A stretch of 64,000 bases of DNA from a virus: IMG/VR virus record IMGVR_UViG_3300025778_000010, positions 1 through 64,000 of that record; one strand, written 5' to 3'. Under the pieces are notes generated by a model. It saw only the letters and a program-made list of their open reading frames with translations, ran no database searches and was not told where the DNA came from. Below, piece after piece: positions 40,258-49,417 of this stretch. Each line of letters begins with the position of its first letter. Position 1 is the first letter of the stretch. The translations under genes were made by a program, and so were the position numbers.

Positions 40258-40928
40258 TAGAATACTCTCCATCCATATGTGGAGTTAGAGTAAATAAATC
40301 TTTTACCCGCTCCATTTACGTTAAAGTTAAATGTTGTTATTGAACCTTGAATAATACCACCTGCACCTGCAGTAACAGTAAATGGAGTTGATGCTGATGT
40401 TCCTGCAGCATCTACAATAATAACTTCTGCTCCAATTGATGGGGCAGAAGGTAGAGTAATTGTAAGTCCTGAAGCTGGAACCACAAAATATCTATCTCCA
40501 TTTACAGCAAGTTTATTTGCAGTAATAATTTGCCATGGATTATAGGAAGCTAAAGCTGAAACTGCAGCAGATGCTGAGTTTGCTGTTGCTGCAATATTAG
40601 AAGAAACTGATTCAAGAGAAGCAATGCGACCATTGTGGTTTGTATAAAGAATATTTAAAGCATTGTATTGGCTTGATAGTGATGATACAGCAGAACCATT
40701 TGATGTTCCATTTACAACGTTAATTGTTGAAGCTCCTGCAGCTGCTACTTGAGCAATTCCCGCATTTGTTGCACCAACAACGTCATTAACACCCAAAGAT
40801 GTTCCTAAAATTTGCAAAGCTTCAGAAAGATAAAGAATATCTATAGCAGCAATAGTGCTACCTTGTAAAGCATCAATTCTGTTTTGAATAGTTCTAGTTT
40901 CACTACCCAGCGATGTATAGTCTGTCAC
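40257..40928 (-). CDS. fibre protein: coiled-coil anchor + T4 gp9/gp34-like repeat
   Basis: AVNGDRYFV..TITLPSAPSIG..V.IVD...Y.NSTYGW pattern. Confidence 0.6.
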   Translation of the reverse strand: MTDYTSLGSETRTIQNRIDALQGSTIAAIDILYLSEALQILGTSLGVNDVVGATNAGIAQVAAAGASTINVVNGTSNGSAVSSLSSQYNALNILYTNHNGRIASLESVSSNIAATANSASAAVSALASYNPWQIITANKLAVNGDRYFVVPASGLTITLPSAPSIGAEVIIVDAAGTSASTPFTVTAGAGGIIQGSITTFNFNVNGAGKRFIYSNSTYGWRVF

Positions 40929-40940
40929 TTTATCTCCTTA

Positions 40941-43900
40941 TTATGCTTGTGCTTCAGTCCAAGACAAACGAGCCAAAATATTAGCCGATGTCAAACCAAT
41001 GTTTGTTGCTGTAATTGTAAGAATATCTGGTCCATTAGGAAATGCTGGCCACGCTTGGTTTCCATTACCTGAAAGAATTGATGTTCCTAAATCTCTAACT
41101 TGTGAAAGATCAAATACGGTAGAGTTATAAGCTGTACCACCGCCGTTATCTGAGTAGAAAGCAAACGCCTGATCTCCGCCAGAAACTGTAGTTATTGGGC
41201 TGGTAACTGGAACGCCAGTTACACCCGTATTATCATGGTAAATAACTTGTGCAAGTGAACCTGCACCTACACGAAGTAATTCCCAATCGTTAGGAATTGT
41301 TACGCCTGTTGGAAATGATGCTGGGTTATGAAGTCCCTGAATTAAGAATTGTCCTTGAGCAAGCACACCAACAGATGATAGCTTTAATTGCATGGTATTA
41401 ATAAGTTCACGAATACCATAGTTTCTTCCAATACCATTATCTACTGAAGGAGCAATACGAATTGAAATAAGTGGGTATGCTCTTTGTACGTTACCAAAAC
41501 TTTGTGTTACAACACCTGCAGGTGTAACAATAGAAGAAGGTAATGTAGATGTATTTGAAATTGTATAAGTAATATTTTGACCTGAAGAAGAAATAACGTT
41601 AAATGTTCCGTTATAAGTTGTATTTTCAGTTACAATTGCAGATGTTGAGCTAACTGAAGTAGATACCACGTTAACTGCTGCTTTATTATAAGTAAATGTT
41701 GTAGATGATGGAGCAGATGTAATTGTATATGTTCCATTAAATGTTGTATCAACACCTGAAACTGTTACTGTTTGTCCCGCAACAAGGTTGTGAGCACCAG
41801 AGGTAGTAAGTGTTGCAACTGTTGATGTTAAAGATTTATTTACAATTTGAGCAACTGTATTAACACCAGAAACTGTTATATTGTATCCAGCTTGGATGTT
41901 GTTTGTTCCTGATAATGTTAAAGTTGCAGTTCCTCCTGTTGCAGACTTAGATGCTACAGAACCTGTTACAGAACCAGAACCTGGAACCTGCATAAAGCGT
42001 TGCATACCTGCTGTAAACAAAAAGTTTTTATCGTCATCAAAACGTCCATCCATAATAACAGATGAACCCCAGTGGCTAATTACTGGTGCACAAGTATTTG
42101 TAATTGTTTGTACTGATACTTGAGCGTTACCTGTTCCATTTTGAATAGATGAATCTGGAATAAATGCAACGTTAGCTGATGTAGCAGACAATGTTGTTGC
42201 AACACCAGAAATGTAAGTTGTCATAGGTTGTCTGCGGTTAATATTAACTGCGTACCCACCTGCTGATGATACATAAGATGTATTTGTAATTGTATAAGAA
42301 CAAATTTCAGTATTTTGATCATCTTTAATAATCAAATATCCTGATGTTGGCCAATATTGAATGTTATCTACATACATAACAATTTCTGTAGGGTTAAGTG
42401 TAGAGCCTACAACTGCAGATCCGCCTGAAACTAAACGGGCATTAAAGAATGGTGAGTTAATAGCCTCATAACGTGCAGGTAAGTTACCTGAACGCATATA
42501 AGCTTCTGTATTAATGTTATTGTTAGCCATTTTGTGGCAATAAAGAATATTTCCTTCTGTAGTACGGAAACCAAAACGAATAAATCCTGCACCATACCAT
42601 GTATAGTCAATATAAACCATCTGCATCTTTGATGGGTCAAGTGTATATTGTGATGGACCTGTTCCATCCATTCTATCTACGTTCCACTGAGTTTGTGGGA
42701 CACGAATTTCTTGAGTTAAAATATAACGACAGTTAGCATTTGTTGAACCTTTATATGATGGAGAAATTTTCATTGTTGTATCGTTATTAATTTCAATAAC
42801 AGTATAGTTGGCACCTTTAATAACAATTTGGTTTCCAACCACAAGCTGCTTACGGAATCTTGTTCCTGTTCCTGTTACAACGTTAGAATACTGTGTAACA
42901 GCAACTTGTCCGTAAAGTTCTTTCTTTGAAAAACGACGAACTACATATAAGTATTGTCCATCGTATTCAAAAAAGAATCCATTTTGATCATTATATAGTC
43001 CGCAACGAGTTGCTGCACCTGTCCAAGAAAGAGCGGTAATCTTTGTATCAATACCGCCTGGCTGAGCATCTGTTGCAAGCATATTTTGTGTTAAATTCAT
43101 TACATAAGTAAAAGAATTTGGCCCTGTTACTGTTGCTACAGTAAATGAACCATTCCATGGGTTGTAAGAACCTGCGGTAGTTAAACCTTCAACCAAAATT
43201 GTGGCACCTGGTTGTAATCCGTGTGCTTGAATTGTAGTTGTTGTAACTGTTACGTTACCAGCTAGGTAGTTGGCTGCTTGAATTGAGTCAATATCATATG
43301 TTGGTGTAAATTTAGCACCAGTTGAAAATTGAATTGCTTTACCTGCTTGATAACGGAAATTACGTCGAGTTTGACGAATAACACGGGTTCCACATACGTT
43401 ATCTTGTGTTGAAAGAATTACACCACCATCAAATGGACGGTGTTGAACGAATCCGTTTGGCTTAGCATATAAACCAGTATTTGTTGTAGTAACAGGATTT
43501 GTAATTGTTTGATTTGCATAAAATTTAAACGTTGTTGGATTTGGAACGTTAATAATTCTATATTGACCTTGAATAGTACATGCTGCATTTTGATTACCAA
43601 TAAGAATTGGTTGTCCTGGAAGCAATCCATGTGCTGTTGGAGTAATTACAGTAATTGTAGAATTTGCTGCACCGTCTGAAAATGCTGTCCATGCATTAAG
43701 GCCAGCGGTTGTAGTGCCTCCTGGGATGTGAGCAGAATCATAAATTCCACCACCCGAAACGTTTGTTAAAGTTCCATCTTTAATTGAACCTGAAACAACT
43801 CCAGAGGCTTTGTACGTAAAGGTATATCCATCTGCAGAAACAGATGCTACTGGGTAAGTTCCTTCAGCAAGAGTATTTGTAGCTTCTTGTATAGAGATAA

Positions 43901-44453
43901 TATCTCCTACGTTTAAGTTTGATTGTGGGAAAGAAACAACGCAAGTAATTAATGAATATGGTGCTGAGCCATCTCCAGTAATAGAAACTAAATCAAAAGA
44001 GTTACCACCTGTTGATTTAGCAAAAAATGATGGGTAATTAGCAGCAAGAACTAATGCTTCCCATTTAGAACCTTGAATACCATATTCAAAGTCAGTATCA
44101 ATAAGAGACTGAGGTGCTGCTACACGCAACTTATTAACTGGATCAAGAAGTGTTTCTGTAAATGTCATTACTTCTGCTTCTTCATCAACAATAATGGCAA
44201 GTGAATCAGTTGACGACATAGCAGAACAATTGTATTTAAGATTAATGGTTGTTGTTGGAGTGTTTGTTGAACCACCAGTAATAGTAAAAGAGTTTGCATT
44301 TAATGTATTATCTGCAAAATTATAGATTACTGTGCCACGTGTAGTGTTAGTAATCAACATTAATCTATCTTGTCTAACAATACGAGGAATTACAATCGTA
44401 TTTGTTGCTGGATTAAAGGTGTAGTATACCTTTTCAATCATTCTTCTTGCCAT
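40941..44453 (-). CDS. large virion structural protein (baseplate/fibre-like)
   Basis: 1170 aa; YTFNPA..RLMLITN..IYNFAD, DPVNKLRV..PQSLIDTDFEYG, RYQAGK, WYGAG, SGNLPARYE motifs seen in aquatic phage virion proteins. Confidence 0.65.
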   Translation of the reverse strand: MARRMIEKVYYTFNPATNTIVIPRIVRQDRLMLITNTTRGTVIYNFADNTLNANSFTITGGSTNTPTTTINLKYNCSAMSSTDSLAIIVDEEAEVMTFTETLLDPVNKLRVAAPQSLIDTDFEYGIQGSKWEALVLAANYPSFFAKSTGGNSFDLVSITGDGSAPYSLITCVVSFPQSNLNVGDIISIQEATNTLAEGTYPVASVSADGYTFTYKASGVVSGSIKDGTLTNVSGGGIYDSAHIPGGTTTAGLNAWTAFSDGAANSTITVITPTAHGLLPGQPILIGNQNAACTIQGQYRIINVPNPTTFKFYANQTITNPVTTTNTGLYAKPNGFVQHRPFDGGVILSTQDNVCGTRVIRQTRRNFRYQAGKAIQFSTGAKFTPTYDIDSIQAANYLAGNVTVTTTTIQAHGLQPGATILVEGLTTAGSYNPWNGSFTVATVTGPNSFTYVMNLTQNMLATDAQPGGIDTKITALSWTGAATRCGLYNDQNGFFFEYDGQYLYVVRRFSKKELYGQVAVTQYSNVVTGTGTRFRKQLVVGNQIVIKGANYTVIEINNDTTMKISPSYKGSTNANCRYILTQEIRVPQTQWNVDRMDGTGPSQYTLDPSKMQMVYIDYTWYGAGFIRFGFRTTEGNILYCHKMANNNINTEAYMRSGNLPARYEAINSPFFNARLVSGGSAVVGSTLNPTEIVMYVDNIQYWPTSGYLIIKDDQNTEICSYTITNTSYVSSAGGYAVNINRRQPMTTYISGVATTLSATSANVAFIPDSSIQNGTGNAQVSVQTITNTCAPVISHWGSSVIMDGRFDDDKNFLFTAGMQRFMQVPGSGSVTGSVASKSATGGTATLTLSGTNNIQAGYNITVSGVNTVAQIVNKSLTSTVATLTTSGAHNLVAGQTVTVSGVDTTFNGTYTITSAPSSTTFTYNKAAVNVVSTSVSSTSAIVTENTTYNGTFNVISSSGQNITYTISNTSTLPSSIVTPAGVVTQSFGNVQRAYPLISIRIAPSVDNGIGRNYGIRELINTMQLKLSSVGVLAQGQFLIQGLHNPASFPTGVTIPNDWELLRVGAGSLAQVIYHDNTGVTGVPVTSPITTVSGGDQAFAFYSDNGGGTAYNSTVFDLSQVRDLGTSILSGNGNQAWPAFPNGPDILTITATNIGLTSANILARLSWTEAQA

Positions 44454-44465
44454 TTTATATCTCCT

Positions 44466-45083
44466 TTAAAATAAGTAGCTGCTTGCTGCAAACTTACTTG
44501 TTAATTGTGATTGTGTTAAGGTACTTGTGTATTTTGGATACCAAATTCCTAAATTTAATTGTGCATCATTTGCATACAACTGCATTGCTGCATATGTTGA
44601 GTTTGCTAATGCACTTCCTGAAGGTCCCGTTGGGCCAGTCGCACCAGTTGCACCTTGTGAACCTGTTGGTCCTTTAAGATTTCCCTGCAATGTCCATGTA
44701 GGTGTAGGTGTTGCACTATATTGAAAATAATTTCCTGTTGTTGTATTTAAATATGTATCTAATGCTGCTGGCGATGCTGGATTTGTTCCAACTACTGGGT
44801 CAGCGATTCCTGTATAAGCATATGAGCCACGTTGTCCCGCAACACCCTGTGGTCCTTGTGAACCAGCTGCACCCGCTGGAATTGAAAAATTAAGAACTGC
44901 AGCTGAAGCAGTTCCAGAGTTTGTGACTGATGCATTTTGTCCTGATGCAAGAGTTGTTGTTGTTCCAATTGCAATTGTTGCAGAGGAACCCGCTGGTCCT
45001 GTTGGACCTGTTGGGCCTTGTGCACCTGGTTGTGAGCCAGCAACGACTACCCAAGCACTACCGTTCCAATATTTTAAAGACAT
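44466..45083 (-). CDS. collagen-like fibre protein
   Basis: Gly-X-Y runs (GAQGPTGPTGPAG; GSQGATGATGPTGPSG). Confidence 0.75.
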   Translation of the reverse strand: MSLKYWNGSAWVVVAGSQPGAQGPTGPTGPAGSSATIAIGTTTTLASGQNASVTNSGTASAAVLNFSIPAGAAGSQGPQGVAGQRGSYAYTGIADPVVGTNPASPAALDTYLNTTTGNYFQYSATPTPTWTLQGNLKGPTGSQGATGATGPTGPSGSALANSTYAAMQLYANDAQLNLGIWYPKYTSTLTQSQLTSKFAASSYLF

Positions 45084-45138
45084 TTATTACATCACACTCC
45101 TTTTAGAATTATATCACCTTAAGCTTAAAAACCTAATA

Positions 45139-45942
45139 TTATACTAAACCTGCTGACATCCATTCTAATGCTGAATTATCTAAGTTTTTTAAACTTAGGT
45201 TATATGCAAAATTTGCTGTTTGATTAACTGAATCTAACAAGTAGTTAGCGTCAGAAATTGTTGAAAGTCCCACCCAGTTTCCATTATATGCATAATAAAC
45301 TTTTCCAAACTGTGCTTCTTGAACAATTCTGCCAGGGACTGTTGAAGGGTCTGGAAAATTAGAAAATGTTGTATAAATCTGAGCATATTGAGCTACATTA
45401 GTTGTATCTGTTGGATCTGCCCAAAACTCATAAATAGTAGGATCTGGAGCAGTTGTAGCAATAGTAACAGCATTATTGCTTGTAATATCATTACTTGCCC
45501 AAAACTCTCCAACATATGGATTTGTTGGTGCAACCGATGAAGTATAAAATAATGCTCCACCATAATCTGATGGGTCTGCCCACAATTGATATTGTGTTGG
45601 GTCTGGAGCAGATCCTGCTCCTTGATACAAAAGGTTTGGTGGGATTGTAGATTGATCATCTGTAACAATCCACATATCTCCAACAAGAGGTTGAGCTGGA
45701 GCATTTGTTTTTGACCCTATAACAAAATATTGATTATTAACAATTGAATTACCTTGATAATTAACAAATATTTGTCCAGTTCCACCGCCACCGCCTGAAC
45801 CTGAACCTAAATCTTGCCAATATGTTGTATACCCACGAAATTTATTTGTAGTTGTATTAAAATAAACTTGACCAGGAAGTCCCACAGATGGATCGGTAGT
45901 TAAACGAGCTACTTGCAAAGCTGTTAAATATGATTTAGCCAA
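45139..45942 (-). CDS. virion fibre protein
   Basis: repeated AP....G..W motifs; GQVYFNTT. Confidence 0.55.
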   Translation of the reverse strand: MAKSYLTALQVARLTTDPSVGLPGQVYFNTTTNKFRGYTTYWQDLGSGSGGGGGTGQIFVNYQGNSIVNNQYFVIGSKTNAPAQPLVGDMWIVTDDQSTIPPNLLYQGAGSAPDPTQYQLWADPSDYGGALFYTSSVAPTNPYVGEFWASNDITSNNAVTIATTAPDPTIYEFWADPTDTTNVAQYAQIYTTFSNFPDPSTVPGRIVQEAQFGKVYYAYNGNWVGLSTISDANYLLDSVNQTANFAYNLSLKNLDNSALEWMSAGLV

Positions 45943-45956
45943 GTGGGACTCCTAAA

Positions 45957-48371
45957 TTATCCAGTAATTACTACGTTGTAAAGAATTCCTGTTGATGGAG
46001 CAGATGCAAATCCAATTGTTACCGTATTTGTATCTTTGTGAGTAATATCTACTTCAACTTCAGCCCATTGAGTATCTGGTGATGCTGAAGCTTGATAAAC
46101 AGCAACTGTAACATCTCTTGTTGATAAGTTATGAACAATATCAAAGCTAGATGCTGAGTTATTACCCGTAATTGTAGCAGATAGTTTTTGGATTCCATAT
46201 GTTCTTGCTCCACCGCTAACACCTGTTGCAGTTTGTGAAACCGTATCAGATGAAAGAATAATGTTATTGCTTGAAATTGCAAGACCAGTTCCAACATTTA
46301 CCTTTAATCCGCTATTTGTTGTTGACAAACCACCTGCGGGATTAAGATTTAATTGAAGTGTTCCGTTGTAAAGGGAAAGACCTGAATTACTTGTAGGTCC
46401 CGTGCTTGTTGTGTCAGAAGAAGAACCTAATGATACTGAAACTTGTGAACCAACAACCAAAATACCATTTCCAGCTGTAATTGTTCCAGAACCAGAGAAC
46501 TGTGTCCAGTTAATTGGATCAGTTCCAATAACAATAGATTGTTTGTTTCCTGTTCCTTGGGTGTTCATTACCCAACCAGTGTTATTTTGTGTTGGTACTG
46601 TTACATACTCGCTTGTGTTTACAGCAACGAATACTAAGTCTCCAGGTGCTACTTGTCCAGCAATATGGTTATCTGAATCTACTGCACGAGTAAGTACCCA
46701 CTTGCTTGAAGAACTACCAGTATTTGTTACAACATAAATACCGTTCCATGTTGCATTTGTTTCATTCTTAATAAGAACACGATCATATTGATCTGGTGTG
46801 TAATTATCAATTGTAAATACACCGTTAATTCCAGATGTAAGTGTTGCACCTACACCGTAACCTCCGCCATTATCAGCTGTTCCAGCAGTATAAACTACTG
46901 TTCCATAAGTTGATCCTAATGGTGCTGTGGTTGCTGCCTCTACTGCATCGTGTGAGTTAAATCCTGTTCCTAAGTTATCAACATATTGCTTTGTAGCAAC
47001 TTGTAGAGCTTGACTTGGATCTGCAGAAACATATACTTGAGCAAATGTTGGTGTAGCTGTTGATCTAATATCTTGAGCTGTATCAAGAGTAATTGAACCG
47101 CTGCCATTTGTAATTGTTACGCCATTTGTTGCACCTTGTGAAAGTGTAGCAACTGCATAAGTTCCATCTGCTTTACCGATTAAAATCTTTCCTGATGTAG
47201 GAGTTGTTGAGGTACCTGTGCCACCTTGTCCAACTGAAAGAGCTGTTGTTAAACCTGAAAGGCTTGTAATACTTGAGTTAGCTCCAGATTCTGCTGCACC
47301 CAAGTTAGTACGTGCACCAGCTGCTGTTGTTGCTCCAGTACCGCCATTTGTAACACTAAGAGCATTTGTTAAGCTAAGTGTTGGAATTGTTACTGTTCCA
47401 GTAAATGTTGGAGATGCAAGTCTTGCAACAGATGCAGGAATATCAGCATCTACAAGAGACCTAAATGTTGGTGTTGCATCTGAACCAGTTGCTGGGCCAG
47501 CAAAAACTGTATTCTTTGCTTGAGTATTAAGTGTTGCTGTAAGTGTTCCAGTTGTTGTTACTGGTGAATTACTTACTGTAAAGATTGATGGGAGTGACAA
47601 AGCAACGCTTGTAACACCTGTATTAGCAATAGTTAATGTATCGCCAAGATTTGTTGTTACAGTTGATGTACCACCATTTACAGAAATTCCAGTTCCTGGG
47701 GTTACTGTAATTGAAGGGTGTACAAGTGCTGAGTTAGGAATATTTGTAAATGTATTTGTTGATCCTGACAAAGATTTATTTGTAAATGTTTGTGTTGAAT
47801 CAAGATCAGCAATTGTATGTGTTCCTGAGTTGTAATAAGCCTTAAATCCTGCTGTTGAATCTAACCAAATATCACCAGCTACTGGTGCAGTTGGTGCAGA
47901 TGTTGCAACTGGAATATTAATTGATGCTCCACCTGTAGTTGAAGCAGTAAATGTTGACTTACCGCCTGTTACAGTAAGAGTTCCGCCCAATGTTGTTGCT
48001 GAACCGTTTGGTACAGCCAATGATCCTGGTAATGTAAGAGCAGAGGCAAGAGAAATAGTAACTGTATTTGTGGCATTAGATACAACTACTTGATTGCTTG
48101 TTCCTGCTACTGTTACGGCTCCAGTAAAGTTGTTTACAGAGCTTACTGTATTGTAGGTAGAGCTAATTTGCTCCCAAGCATAAGTTGCTGGGGTTGTTGG
48201 GTAGTTTGACCAATATGATTGGTAAAGGGCACCACGATTGTTGTTTGCGGTGGTGCTAAAGTATAGTTGACCTGCATTATAAATTGATGGTGCAGATGAT
48301 GCTGAATGGATTACAGCATTTAATAGCTGATTTCCTTTAAGATTAATATTTGTTAAAAACGTTTTTGCCAT
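45957..48371 (-). CDS. tail fibre protein
   Basis: 804 aa; GGTGATTAAGARTNLG, ATKQYVD, DRVLIKNET..NGIYVV, HNL.TRDV motifs. Confidence 0.75.
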   Translation of the reverse strand: MAKTFLTNINLKGNQLLNAVIHSASSAPSIYNAGQLYFSTTANNNRGALYQSYWSNYPTTPATYAWEQISSTYNTVSSVNNFTGAVTVAGTSNQVVVSNATNTVTISLASALTLPGSLAVPNGSATTLGGTLTVTGGKSTFTASTTGGASINIPVATSAPTAPVAGDIWLDSTAGFKAYYNSGTHTIADLDSTQTFTNKSLSGSTNTFTNIPNSALVHPSITVTPGTGISVNGGTSTVTTNLGDTLTIANTGVTSVALSLPSIFTVSNSPVTTTGTLTATLNTQAKNTVFAGPATGSDATPTFRSLVDADIPASVARLASPTFTGTVTIPTLSLTNALSVTNGGTGATTAAGARTNLGAAESGANSSITSLSGLTTALSVGQGGTGTSTTPTSGKILIGKADGTYAVATLSQGATNGVTITNGSGSITLDTAQDIRSTATPTFAQVYVSADPSQALQVATKQYVDNLGTGFNSHDAVEAATTAPLGSTYGTVVYTAGTADNGGGYGVGATLTSGINGVFTIDNYTPDQYDRVLIKNETNATWNGIYVVTNTGSSSSKWVLTRAVDSDNHIAGQVAPGDLVFVAVNTSEYVTVPTQNNTGWVMNTQGTGNKQSIVIGTDPINWTQFSGSGTITAGNGILVVGSQVSVSLGSSSDTTSTGPTSNSGLSLYNGTLQLNLNPAGGLSTTNSGLKVNVGTGLAISSNNIILSSDTVSQTATGVSGGARTYGIQKLSATITGNNSASSFDIVHNLSTRDVTVAVYQASASPDTQWAEVEVDITHKDTNTVTIGFASAPSTGILYNVVITG

Positions 48372-48393
48372 GTTTTGTTACTCTCCCTTTTGA

Positions 48394-48948
48394 TTATGAT
48401 AAATACGCATAGCCTGATACAGGTGTATTGAAATCTAATTCAATATTATTTGCATCAATTTGCGTGATATCACATTCTAAATTATTCTGACCATAATCCG
48501 TGACTTGCACATTTGGGCGATAATGCAGGTTATGGTTTATATGCCAGGTCGTGCTGTTTGTTTGCTGCTCGTAAATATAAGAAAAATTTGATGGATTTAC
48601 AAGAACTTGTCCTGCATTCCATGAGTCACCTAGTTTTGTATAAACAGTATTGTTTGACGAATCAATAAAAATATCACTAGGATATCCTATTGTGTTTGAT
48701 GGTGTAGTTGTTCCAATGTAGATCTGTTGTCCACCAATTGGAAAATTTGGTGTTCCCCAGCCATTTTGGGTTTTTGGCCCATAAAATTGTTTTGAAGCAG
48801 AATCAATATAGTAATCACCAACAACTCCTAAAGTTGAGCTTGGTGTACCAACATTACTATAAATAATGCTTCCACGAGGACCTTGGACTCCTGTAGAAGA
48901 AATGTTAGCAATGTTATCTTGTTTGATAACTGTTACATTTTCTGCCAT
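48394..48948 (-). CDS. virion structural protein
   Basis: GVQGPRG..G.P....G..GDYYID; W.INHNL...P.V motif. Confidence 0.6.
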   Translation of the reverse strand: MAENVTVIKQDNIANISSTGVQGPRGSIIYSNVGTPSSTLGVVGDYYIDSASKQFYGPKTQNGWGTPNFPIGGQQIYIGTTTPSNTIGYPSDIFIDSSNNTVYTKLGDSWNAGQVLVNPSNFSYIYEQQTNSTTWHINHNLHYRPNVQVTDYGQNNLECDITQIDANNIELDFNTPVSGYAYLS

Positions 48949-49304
48949 TACATAATCACCCCTGGTTCAACTAAAAGCCAACCTTGAAGAATTGTTTGAG
49001 CAATTCCACCACTGCTGGTAAGTTGTATTTGATAAGCACTTCTTGGAAGAACAAAGTTTTTTGTCATTGAAGGTGGTAGATTAATTTGAATGATACCTGA
49101 TTGAAGATTTGGAATTGTAATTCCACTTCCAATTATTCCCGTTGCACAAACAATTTTACCGCCTGGCTTATCTCTTACTTCAATAGTTGCGGTATATCCA
49201 GTTAAATCAATAGGAATATTATTTGAGTCTGTATAGGTAATACTCAAAGTGAATGAATCACCCTGAATAACATTATAGTTGACTTCTTTTTGATTCACGG
49301 ACAC
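48948..49304 (-). CDS. BppU-like / Ig-fold virion protein
   Basis: QGDSF...PIDLTGYTA...R...G.I.I...YQIQL...ILQG. Confidence 0.6.
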   Translation of the reverse strand: MSVNQKEVNYNVIQGDSFTLSITYTDSNNIPIDLTGYTATIEVRDKPGGKIVCATGIIGSGITIPNLQSGIIQINLPPSMTKNFVLPRSAYQIQLTSSGGIAQTILQGWLLVEPGVIM

Positions 49305-49361
49305 ACCTCTATATTAAAGTATTTCAGTATTGATTATAGCATTTTAATTTGTTAATTCATA

Positions 49362-49401
49362 GAAAAACCCCTGCCACGTATTCGCCGTAGAAACAGGGGT
49401 T
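49362..49401 (-). terminator. intrinsic terminator after nrdJ
   Basis: AACCCCTG...CAGGGGTT stem followed by a T-tract on the minus strand. Confidence 0.65.
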
Positions 49402-49417
49402 CTTAAATTAAATTATA

